Shown piece after piece: positions 20,487 to 29,368 of a stretch of 64,000 nt of DNA. Below the pieces are notes generated by a model. It saw only the letters and a list, made by a program, of their open reading frames with translations. It searched no databases and was not told the DNA's origin. The stretch is from an uncultured Acidobacteriota bacterium (lineage in GTDB: Bacteria > Acidobacteriota > UBA6911), in the NCBI GenBank assembly GCA_963827655.1, contig CAWHCF010000044.1, positions 64,001 through 128,000 of the forward strand. The letters are read 5' to 3'. The position numbers were made by a program, and so were the translations under genes. Position 1 is the first letter of the stretch. The number at the start of each line of letters is the position of its first letter.

Positions 20487-22320
20487 ATGATCTCTCCTTG
20501 GCGCCTTTTCCGGATTTTCTGTTGCCTGCTCGTCTTTTTTCTATCGAGCTTCGCAGCCTCACCCAGATTCCAATCCGAACCTTACCTTCAACACGTCAAG
20601 TACCTGGCAAGCGACGAGCTCAAGGGTCGTGGAAACGGAACGCCGGAGTTGGAACGCGCCGCTGAATACATCGCACAGCAATACCTCGCCGCCGGTCTCC
20701 AGCCGGCAGGGGACAACGGCACTTTTTTCCAAAGCTTTCAACTCACGACGGGAAGCCGTCTCGGACCAAACAACCGGCTCACGCTCTTCGCCGGGCACGA
20801 ATCCTTCGAGGCGGCCCTGCAGCGGGATTTCGTGCCCATCGTAATCGGCGAGAGGACCACCGTAAAGGGCGAGGTGGTTTTTGCCGGGTACGGAATCACG
20901 GCGGAAGAGCACAACTACGACGACTACAAGAACCTGGACGTGACCGACAAGATAGTCCTGGCGCTGGCTCACGAACCGCGCGAAAACGAAGCCGGCACTC
21001 CGTTTAATGGTCAGGAGCCCACCCTGCACGGGCACGACAATACCAAGGCGCTCAATGCAAAATTCAGGGGCGCTCTCGCTCTCCTGATTGTGCAAGATCC
21101 AGCCAACCACTCGAGCGAGTCAGTCGATCTTCCGGATCCCAGTGGGTCTCAAGGCAACGACCTGGGAATTTGCGTTCTTCGAATCTCGTCCAGTCTGGCC
21201 CGGCGATTGCTGGAGGCAGATAAGAAGGACCTTTTGGACCTTCAGAAGAGCATTGACAGGAATCTGGCTCCCCAAAGTTTTTCGCTCAGCGGAGCAGCCG
21301 TGAGCCTGGAAGTCGACGTGGTCCGGGTGCGAAGCGAAGTGCGCAACGTAGTCGGGCTCCTGCCGGGACTGGACCCTGCGCTCGCCGACGAAACCGTCGT
21401 GCTTGGAGCTCACTACGACCACCTCGGACTGGGGGGGCGCGACTCGATGGTACCTAAACTCGTCGGCCAGATTCACAACGGGGCTGACGACAACGCCAGC
21501 GGCACCGCCGGAGTATTGGAATTGGCCGCTGCCCTCTCCAGGGACAATTCGGCGCGGAGGCGATCCTATTTGTTCATGGCCTTCGCGGGGGAAGAGCTTG
21601 GACTGCATGGCTCGGCCCATTGGACCAACCATCCGACCAGGACTTTGAAGAAGGTTGTCGCCATGCTCAACATGGACATGATCGGGCGCAGCCGCGGCAA
21701 TCAGATTACGCTGGGCGGGATTGGTACTTCACCGCTGTTTCCCGAACTGGTAAAAGACTCGGCAGCCCAGTCCGGCATTGAAGTTAGGACCTCTCAGAGC
21801 GGATACGGCAGCAGCGATCACACCTCGTTTTACGTAAAGGACGTTCCTGTCCTGTTCTTTTTTTCAGGATTGCACAGCGACTACCATCGCCCCACAGATG
21901 ACTGGGAAAAGATCAATGCGCCCGGCGCTATCAGGATCTTAGAGATGGTTTACCAGATCGCCACGCGTCTCAATATTGCGCAGTCGCGGCCGCAATTCAC
22001 CAAAGTTGATGAGCCGGTGACGACCGGCTCCACGCGGGGGCGGCGGCACGGGCTACGGCGCGTACTTCGGTTCTATCCCGGATATGACTGATGAGGTCAA
22101 AGGAGTTCGATTCGTAGACATCCGACCCAACAGCCCCGCCGCAAAGGCCGGCCTAAAGGCGAACGACACGCTGGTAAGGTTCGCCGGGATGGAGATCAAG
22201 AACCTTCAGGATTTCACGTACATGCTGCGCACACATAAGCCGGGAGAGCTGGTCGAGGTTACGGTTGTGCGCGACGGCAAGCCTTTGACCGTCGAGGTAA
22301 GGTTAGAGGTCAGGCGATAG
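20487..22320 (+). CDS. Secreted M28 peptidase with PA and C-terminal PDZ domains; frameshift near 22040
   Basis: Signal peptide; YLASDELKGRG, FAGYGI, GAHYDHLG, GADDNASG, GEELGL, NMDMIG, SDH, YHRPTD; PDZ piece SPAAKAGLKAND in ORF 22084-22320. Confidence 0.88.
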
Positions 22321-23157
22321 TTGTTGGATGCGTTCAAGACAGTCCAGGCTTCGATCCAACGTCACCCGCTGAGCGGGGTCGAGGCTGAACTCGATGACCT
22401 CTTGCAAGCCCTGGGGTCCCAGGATCGCCGGAGCGCAGAGAAAGAGGGCGCGCGCGCCATACTTGCCTCGCGACCACACGTAGCAGGAATGCACCGCTCC
22501 TCTCTTCCGGAGCAGGTCTCTAAGAACATTCACGGCCGCGGTGGCAAGATTACGGGGTCCAGGAAGGGATCGCGTGGTCACTTCTGCGGCGACCCGCCTC
22601 AGCTGCGGTGGTGACAGGAATCTGTCCAGGGATTGACCCGCCAGACTGGCAAACACCAGGTATAAACCCTCCCGCGGCGGCGCGCCCAAGAGAGATGCCG
22701 AGACATCCTGGTGAGAGCACCGCAACGCCTGAGCAAAATGATGCCGCCAGGTGGACGCCAGCGCTTCAGGAAACGTCGCCACAATTCTCTCGGGAGCGAA
22801 GCCCGCGGCCCGGGCGGCCGCCATCAGGCGCGCCGGGTCATTGATTGCCAGGAGTACTACCGCATTCCCGGCCCTGTCGCCGAGCGATCGAAAGAGCGCG
22901 CCCGCCTCATCGAACGAGCCGTCCATGTTCGCGATCAAGACGTAGCTCGAATCCACGACCTCCGCCACTTTCTGTGAACCGCGGATCCGCGTCTCTGCTT
23001 TCAGAACTGGATTGGCCTGCATAAGATCGAGTGCCTTCCCTTCTGCAGTCCCAGGCTCGGGATCGACCAGTAAGATCTCACCCGGCCAGTCCGTGTCGGC
23101 CAATTTTTGGGCGATCGTGGTTCCGAGCTCGTTGCATCCGACAATCGATAGTTTCAT
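22303..23157 (-). CDS. Divergent lactate/malate dehydrogenase-fold protein, catalytic residues not evident
   Basis: MKLSIVG, EILLVD..AEGKALDL, GKYG..LFLCAPAILGPQGLQEVIEF resemble LDH-like MDH, but the PRKPGM, LDSAR and GxHG motifs are absent. Confidence 0.7.
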   Translation of the reverse strand: MKLSIVGCNELGTTIAQKLADTDWPGEILLVDPEPGTAEGKALDLMQANPVLKAETRIRGSQKVAEVVDSSYVLIANMDGSFDEAGALFRSLGDRAGNAVVLLAINDPARLMAAARAAGFAPERIVATFPEALASTWRHHFAQALRCSHQDVSASLLGAPPREGLYLVFASLAGQSLDRFLSPPQLRRVAAEVTTRSLPGPRNLATAAVNVLRDLLRKRGAVHSCYVWSRGKYGARALFLCAPAILGPQGLQEVIEFSLDPAQRVTLDRSLDCLERIQQLSPDL

Positions 23158-23354
23158 TGGAGACGTCAGCTCTTAGTTTCCAGAGGTTTTTGCCTGGCAG
23201 TTGACGCGCAAAGACCAGAGCGGTCACTAATGCGACGATACCAGGAAACCAGAAACCGTTGTCGACAAGAGTACTTGTTCGCCCAAACCTTTGATGATAA
23301 AATCTGCACTGTCAACCCAAAATCCCGAACACCTTGCCGCCGGATGAGTTTGAG

Positions 23355-23840
23355 ATGGAGCAAAAAGACTATCTTGGTTTAGCTTACGACCTGTTTGAGG
23401 AAGCCTACGAGCACCAGATGGACGGAGACCTCGAGACCGCGATCCAGCTTTATCGCCGGTCGATAGAGACTTACCCCACGGCCGAAGCCCACACTTTCCT
23501 CGGTTGGACCTACAGCTTTCAGGGAAAACTTGACGACGCGATCGCCGAATGCAAGAAAGCGATCGAGATCGATCCAGATTTCGGGAATCCCTATAACGAC
23601 ATCGGAGCCTATCTCATCGAAAAGGCGCAATACCAGGAGGCTATCCCCTGGCTGATGAAAGCCGCTTCGGCCAAGCGTTACGACAACTATCATTTTGCTC
23701 ACTACAATCTGGGTCGCGTCTATGCCGCGATGGACCTTTTCACGAAAGCGCGCCAAGAATTTGAGAGGGCGCTGGAGATCCATTCAGGTTATGTCATGGC
23801 CGAGGAGGCCCTGAAGACGGTCAAGAGAAGCATCCACTAG
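23355..23840 (+). CDS. TPR repeat protein
   Basis: AIQLYRRSIETYPTAEAHTFLG, AIAECKKAIEIDPDFGNPYNDIG, AHYNLGRVY. Confidence 0.85.
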   Translation: MEQKDYLGLAYDLFEEAYEHQMDGDLETAIQLYRRSIETYPTAEAHTFLGWTYSFQGKLDDAIAECKKAIEIDPDFGNPYNDIGAYLIEKAQYQEAIPWLMKAASAKRYDNYHFAHYNLGRVYAAMDLFTKARQEFERALEIHSGYVMAEEALKTVKRSIH

Positions 23841-23854
23841 CGTTAGAAGTCTCT

Positions 23855-23873
23855 GGCGGCCCGGCGGGCCGCC
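23855..23873 (+). terminator. GC-rich intergenic hairpin
   Basis: GGCGGCCC-GGC-GGGCCGCC after the TPR stop codon; no U-tract. Confidence 0.3.
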
Positions 23874-23894
23874 GAGGCGTGTAGCTCCGACCGC

Positions 23895-24302
23895 ATGACT
23901 GAAGTTTCCCACCATCGTATTGCCGTAGCCATCATCGAGCAAGAGGGTAAATTCCTGATTACGCAGCGCAAGAGTGAAGGTCCTTTTGCAGGCTTCTGGG
24001 AACTCCCCGGCGGTAAGTGCCACGCCGGGGAAGATCCTGCCGATTGTGTGGTCCGCGAAGTCCTGGAGGAGACCGGCCTGGTCGTGGCTCCCGGAGCACG
24101 CGCCTGCGTGATCGAACACGCCTATTCCGAATGCACCGTCGAGATTCATGCTTATTTTTGCCGCATCCGGCAAGGAACTCCCAGCTGCTTCGCCTCGCAG
24201 GCCTCCGCCTGGATCGGCTGGGATGAAATTGAGCATTACAATTTTCCTGCGGCCAACCGCCTGCTCTTTGCCCAGGCATCGAATTTGCGCCCAAAGCCTT
24301 GA
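23895..24302 (+). CDS. MutT-like NUDIX hydrolase
   Basis: WELPGGKCHAGEDPADCVVREVLEETG Nudix box; FPAAN. Confidence 0.88.
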   Translation: MTEVSHHRIAVAIIEQEGKFLITQRKSEGPFAGFWELPGGKCHAGEDPADCVVREVLEETGLVVAPGARACVIEHAYSECTVEIHAYFCRIRQGTPSCFASQASAWIGWDEIEHYNFPAANRLLFAQASNLRPKP

Positions 24303-24369
24303 AACTAAAGTTCCTGGAGACCTTTCGCATTGCGGCGTTTGGTCTCCCGACAGTAGTGGCCTGTCTCGC

Positions 24370-25116
24370 TTATGAGCCCAGGGTCAGGCAAAGCTCTTCG
24401 AGGTTTCGCACTCGAAATCCGTCCGTCCAGCCAGGATACCTCTCTTGACGGTCGACCAGGAAGGCTGAGAGCCCGGCTCGCCGGGCGCCCTCAACATCTT
24501 CCTCCAGAGAATCTCCTGCGTGTACCGCGTGTGAACCTGAGACCTGCATGGCTTTGAGCCCCTCGTGAAATATGGCAGCGCTCGGTTTAGCGGCACCTGC
24601 CCGGCTGGAAACCGTGACCCGGTCGAAAAAAGAATTCAGGTCGAGAACCGACAGCACATCGTGAAGACGAGAGTCGAAATTCGAAACTATACCCAGCCGA
24701 TACCCCCGACGTCGCAGTCTCTCCAGGCTCGCTCGAGTGTCGGGAAAAAGGTGCCATGCTTCGCCCTTCCTGAAAAATTCAAAGATCTCTTCGAAATACT
24801 GCTCGAACGCTGATTCGGGCATTCTACTCTTCAGCGTCTTTCGCATGACCTCCTTCCACCAAAGGCGTTCTGCTCCGCAAGCCTCACTTTCATTGAGACC
24901 AGGGAAGGCCAGAGGGGGCGCGGTTTTGAAAGCCTCGACGAAAGCGCTATCGATTTCTCGGGGATCGAGCGAGCAGCCATGACGCAGCCCGAAGCGGCTG
25001 TAGATTTGTCCCACTGAACCGCGGACCTCGAACAACGTCCCACCGGCGTCGAGAAAAACAACTTCGATATCACCCGTCATTCGCTTCGTCAGCCCCGCCG
25101 TCTCTGTACCACACAA
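24370..25116 (-). CDS. HAD-IA hydrolase, REG-2-like
   Basis: FLDAGGTLF, VSNFD, AKP..IF, GDSLEEDVEGA; ATG at 25080 is a probable start. Confidence 0.88.
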   Translation of the reverse strand: MCGTETAGLTKRMTGDIEVVFLDAGGTLFEVRGSVGQIYSRFGLRHGCSLDPREIDSAFVEAFKTAPPLAFPGLNESEACGAERLWWKEVMRKTLKSRMPESAFEQYFEEIFEFFRKGEAWHLFPDTRASLERLRRRGYRLGIVSNFDSRLHDVLSVLDLNSFFDRVTVSSRAGAAKPSAAIFHEGLKAMQVSGSHAVHAGDSLEEDVEGARRAGLSAFLVDRQERYPGWTDGFRVRNLEELCLTLGS

Positions 25117-25499
25117 TTCAGTTCGATGAAATCCCCGCCTGCGATTTCTGGCTCTCTCGCTTAGTATTTCGGGACTTCGTTTCCAACCCTGGGCTCCGCG
25201 TAACTGACTGAAGATAAAATGATGTAACTCGACGGGCTGGTACTTTCCAATTGACTTTCAGATGCCCGCGGGAGCATGATCGAGCCGTATTCTGGGGGGT
25301 CAAGAACCTCGGCAGGAACCGAAGCAAATCATTAGGACGAGACGGTGATATCGAAGTACGCAGGCTGCAACTAAGGCCCACGTAATTTTGCGGCTGAGCA
25401 ATCTCGCGTTGAGCTCGGATTCTTGAGATTCAAATGAGCGCCGAGCAGGCATAGCTGGGGAGCGACTGCCGGAACGGCCTTAGTTTTCAGGTACAGGCA

Positions 25500-26030
25500 A
25501 TGAGCCCGTCAAGCCATGGCTTCCTGGTGATGGACGCCTCGCTCAAGCTGATTTATGCCAATGCTGAAGCCATCCATATCTTGGTCTACCCGGAAAATCC
25601 TCAAAAGGTAAAGTCGCTAGACAGCCTTCTCGCCGAGAAGATCCGAACAGTCCTCCTCAAGCAACCGTCGTCACCGAAGGCCGGCTTCGTCGCCGAGCTC
25701 AGGTCGGGAAGGAGGCGCTACCTGTGTCGCGCATTTTCTCTTAATCCTTACTCGAAGAATCCTGGTGGCCAGGAAAGTCTGGCCATTCAGTTCGAACGAA
25801 CCCGTCAAGTGACCTTGAACGGTTCCCAGATTGCCGAGAGATTCAACTTGACCCCGCGGGAACAACAGACGCTCGAATACCTGATCCAGGGGCTGACCAG
25901 TAAGGAAATTGCAGACCGAATGCATATCAGCGTCAATACAGTGAAAGCCTTTCTCAGGCTGATCATGGTGAAAATGGGGGTCACGACCCGATCGGGAATC
26001 GTTGGCATGCTGTTCGAGGTCAGACCATAG
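25500..26030 (+). CDS. LuxR-type HTH regulator with PAS-like N-terminus
   Basis: LVMDASLKLIYANAEA (PAS-like); LTPREQQTLEYLIQGLTSKEIADRMHISVNTVKAFL..KMGVTTR. Confidence 0.88.
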   Translation: MSPSSHGFLVMDASLKLIYANAEAIHILVYPENPQKVKSLDSLLAEKIRTVLLKQPSSPKAGFVAELRSGRRRYLCRAFSLNPYSKNPGGQESLAIQFERTRQVTLNGSQIAERFNLTPREQQTLEYLIQGLTSKEIADRMHISVNTVKAFLRLIMVKMGVTTRSGIVGMLFEVRP

Positions 26031-26120
26031 GGCGGCCGTCTCGGTTCTCTGGAAGCATGGGTCTGTAGTCAGTTCGAACTAATTCCTTTGGAGAATAGCA
26101 TTCAAGCATAAAGGGGATTA

Positions 26121-26447
26121 TTGTCGCGGCCGATGAAGCCCCAGCAAGATCCGGACAGGCGCCAACACGCCCGGTACCCTCTAACGCGAGACCTGAAGAT
26201 CCAGGTACTTCCTTTGCTCCGCTCCTCGAGTAAAAAGCGAGTGGAGATTCAGGGCCGGGTTCAAAACATTGGCGCCGGGGGCTTATGCCTTACCACCAGC
26301 CAGCCTCTTGAGGTCTACCGTCCCGTTTTGTGCGACATCCCTCTTTCTGCGGTCCCCGTCAAAATCCCGATCCTTATGCAGGTCCGCTGGGCTGTGAAGA
26401 GCTCAACCGGTGATCGTTTCAGAGTCGGCCTCCAGTTCCTTCTTTGA
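26121..26447 (+). CDS. Stand-alone PilZ domain protein
   Basis: RRQHARY (RxxxR), NIGAGG (variant of D/NxSxxG), VRW..VGLQF. Confidence 0.8.
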   Translation: MSRPMKPQQDPDRRQHARYPLTRDLKIQVLPLLRSSSKKRVEIQGRVQNIGAGGLCLTTSQPLEVYRPVLCDIPLSAVPVKIPILMQVRWAVKSSTGDRFRVGLQFLL

Positions 26448-27002
26448 TCACGTTGGCGCTATAGAACAGGTGTCTGTTATGAAAGGGTTGATTCAGCGGG
26501 TGCGCAGCCGGAGAGAGTATCTAACCCGAATGGACTAACCCGCCAGGCTAATTCCTCCGGAGAGTTGAAATGTTCGGGGATGTGTCCGACTATAACGCAA
26601 TACGCTTGATGATTAGTCGAGCACGACCCCGCTCAACAACGCCGTGAGGAAGGGGCATGAGGGTGCGAGACGCTGGAATTATTTAGACGATGGTTTTTGC
26701 ATCAGGGAACTTGATTTATTCACTTGACGACGTAAGGGCAAGGTTGTTGTAATAAAGCACCCTCTCATCGCGCTGCCCTTGGGCAGCCTAATGCCCTGAA
26801 TAAACCTGCTGGAGTTTTTCGCTCCGATCGTGCGGCTTTGAGGCCCGCCGTTTCGCATACCTAAAGGCACCATGTACGAGATCATTTTCTCCAGATCTAC
26901 GCGCGGCTCCTGTTCGTACTGGTCCGGTAGGGGCCAAGAAAACCATCGAGACGAGACCTGGGGGCTACAAGCGCGATCTGAAGCTCGGCCCAAAGAATTG
27001 AC

Positions 27003-27239
27003 CGATGGTGAAACGTCCGGCATGGCACCTGGCACAATGAACACAGAACCAGTAGCCGGCGGTTTGCGGTGGGATAGATCTCGGACTCTGGCGTTTTTTT
27101 TGCTTCCATCGATGGTAGCCCGTGCAAGAAAAAAGAAAATTGCAACTCGCGGAACGTTGGTGAATCAGCTTTACGGACTTTGAAGTTTTTCGTTTCCATC
27201 GTTGGTGATGCGCAGTAAAAGGAACTTGAAACCATTGGT
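27003..27239 (+). promoter_or_regulatory. Array of CG(A/T)TGGT motifs, candidate operator sites
   Basis: CGATGGT at 27003 and 27110, CGTTGGT at 27155 and 27200, CATTGGT at 27233, with A/T tracts between them. Confidence 0.45.
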
Positions 27240-27371
27240 GTGTTATTGAATCAAGTTCCTCGATTCTCACTCGCTTCTGGTGTTTATTGGTTGGGTAAGA
27301 GGAATCCGGCCGCAGGGCGGATTTTCTCAGCCGACCGGGGCGAAAAGAGCTAAGATAGGGGATGGCGCGAT

Positions 27372-27456
27372 GCCACACTTCATGTGGCTACTGGTAAAAG
27401 CGGAGCGCTGTCACCAAGATATCGAGTCTGCCTATGGGACTCAAAGGGCGGTAGTG
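27372..27456 (+). promoter_or_regulatory. JUMPStart/ops-like leader element
   Basis: GGCGGTAG at 27447-27454, preceded by TACTGGTA (27389-27396) and hairpins GCCACA/TGTGGC and GAGTC/GACTC, ~90 bp upstream of the NusG paralog. Confidence 0.6.
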
Positions 27457-27542
27457 CCTACTCCGGAACGGCAGTCGAGTTTGGTCCTTAGGTCGGAAAA
27501 CAAAGAAAGGGCGGGGTTTTGCGTCCTTATGAAGGGGTTGCA

Positions 27543-28145
27543 ATGAACGCGCTCGTAAGCGGTTCCTGGTACGCCTTGCGAATCAAATCGCGTCACGAAA
27601 GGATCGTGGCCGCGGCCCTGAACGGCAAGGGATACGAGGTATTTTTACCGCTTTATCGAGACCGGCGCCGCTGGTCCGACCGCATGAAAGAGGTCGAACT
27701 CCCCCTGTTCCCGGGTTATTTGTTCTGCCGGTTTGATGCGATGAAGCGCCTCCCCATTCTCATGACCCCGGGAATTGTTCAGCTCGTCGGAGTGGGGAAA
27801 AGCCCGCATCCAATTGAAGAGACAGAAATTACTGCCATCCAGTCCATCGTGATTTCGAGGCTCAACGCGCAGCCCTGGCCCTATTTACAGGTCGGGCAAA
27901 AAGTCCGCATTGAGCAGGGACCACTTACCGGCCTGGAGGGAATCCTAATTGCTTTGAAAAAAACGCATCGCCTTGTCGTCTCGGTTACGCTTCTCCAGCG
28001 TTCCGTTGCGGTGGAGGTGGATCATGATTGGGCGAGCCCAGTTTTGCCTGACCAGCCAGGGCGGGGAAAGGTTGCAGCTTCGGCTGCGACACATGTCGCC
28101 ACCAGTAACGCGGTGTGGGCTTCGCCTGAGACAATGATACGGTAG
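27543..28145 (+). CDS. NusG-paralog transcription antiterminator (UpxY/RfaH/LoaP-like)
   Basis: NGN domain WYALRIKSRHE..FLPLY..PLFPGYLF; KOW domain GQKVRIEQGPLTGLEG; first gene of the glycan operon. Confidence 0.9.
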   Translation: MNALVSGSWYALRIKSRHERIVAAALNGKGYEVFLPLYRDRRRWSDRMKEVELPLFPGYLFCRFDAMKRLPILMTPGIVQLVGVGKSPHPIEETEITAIQSIVISRLNAQPWPYLQVGQKVRIEQGPLTGLEGILIALKKTHRLVVSVTLLQRSVAVEVDHDWASPVLPDQPGRGKVAASAATHVATSNAVWASPETMIR

Positions 28146-28189
28146 GCAAGTGCCTGCCACTTTTTACCTGGTACTTTTGAGGAAGAGTT

Positions 28190-29239
28190 ATGAGGATCGC
28201 GAAGTTGAGTAGCCTGCTGGTTTTTGTGCCCCTACTGGGCCTTACCCTGGGCTTAGCCTTTCAGCAAAGGGTTTCCGAGATCAAGCCTGAGCCCCAGCAA
28301 CCGGTACCCCAGCAAGCGGTAACCGAGACCAAGCCTGAGAACGCGCCTGCGGCGATGAAAGTCGAGAATCGCAAGTACATCCTGGGACCCGACGACGACA
28401 TCACTATCCAGGCGTTAGATGCTGATGAGATTTCCAACAAGCCCGTCCGCATCGACACCAGCGGAAATATCAATCTACCGCTGGTAGGGCGACTGCGCGC
28501 GGCCGGTCTCACGGTCGAGCAGCTCGAAGCTGAGATTGCGGCACGTCTCCGCACCTATATCCAGCAGCCGCATGTGGCGATCAGCGTCACCAACTTTCGC
28601 AGCCAGCCCGTGTCGGTGCTCGGAGCGGTGCGCAGCCCTGGAATTCACCAGCTCCAGGGACGAAAGACCTTGTTCGAGATTCTTTCCATGGCCGGGGGTC
28701 TTGCGTCGGAAGCGGGACACAGTGTAAAGATCACCCGCCAGATGGAGTGGGGACCCATTCCCCTCCCCTCCGCCACAACGGATCCTACAGGGAAGTTCAG
28801 CATCGCTGAAGTCAAGCTGAGGGCGATTCTGGAAGCCAGGAATCCTGAAGAGAATATCCTGATCCAGCCTCACGATATTATTTCGGTCCCGCGCGCCGAA
28901 CTGGTCTACGTGGTCGGGCAGGTTCGCAGACCCGGTGGGTTTGTCCTGAACGACCGTCAGAGCATTTCAATCCTCCAAGCTCTGGCGATGGCCGACGGGT
29001 TGACCAATATTTCGTCTGCAAAGAATGCCAGGATCATTCGCTCCACTGTCGGCGAGAATCGCGTCGAGATTCCGGTCAACCTGAAGTCGATTTTCGAGGG
29101 CAAATCGTCGGACGTTGCTCTGAAGGCGGATGATATTCTCTTCATTCCCACCAACGTGGCAAAGGGAGTATTCTTCAGCACCATTCAGACGGCAATTTCG
29201 GCTGCCACGTCCGCAGTCATCTACGGCGGTATGTACTGA
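28190..29239 (+). CDS. wza: Polysaccharide export protein (OPX/Wza family, SLBB domains)
   Basis: YILGPDDDI, GNINLPLVGRLRAAGLT, VLGAVRSPG, VVGQVRRPG. Confidence 0.88.
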   Translation: MRIAKLSSLLVFVPLLGLTLGLAFQQRVSEIKPEPQQPVPQQAVTETKPENAPAAMKVENRKYILGPDDDITIQALDADEISNKPVRIDTSGNINLPLVGRLRAAGLTVEQLEAEIAARLRTYIQQPHVAISVTNFRSQPVSVLGAVRSPGIHQLQGRKTLFEILSMAGGLASEAGHSVKITRQMEWGPIPLPSATTDPTGKFSIAEVKLRAILEARNPEENILIQPHDIISVPRAELVYVVGQVRRPGGFVLNDRQSISILQALAMADGLTNISSAKNARIIRSTVGENRVEIPVNLKSIFEGKSSDVALKADDILFIPTNVAKGVFFSTIQTAISAATSAVIYGGMY

Positions 29240-29368
29240 TATTGATCGCTCAATGCTCCCTGTGACGACGGCTCATCCAACTCTCAAGGAAGGCTTCGCG
29301 ACGGAGCTTTCGATTCCAACTGAGGCAAGGTTCTAAAAACGGTACCCAGTGCAGGCAAGGAATTTTTC

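Noticed and set aside
27100-27240. CRISPR array or iterons
   Set aside because: Repeats are only 7-13 nt, far shorter than CRISPR repeats, with no cas or rep genes
26450-27540. ORFs or a known riboswitch in the long intergenic region
   Set aside because: The ORFs show no recognisable motifs; no c-di-GMP riboswitch or sigma-54 consensus could be matched by eye (Rfam scan still advisable)
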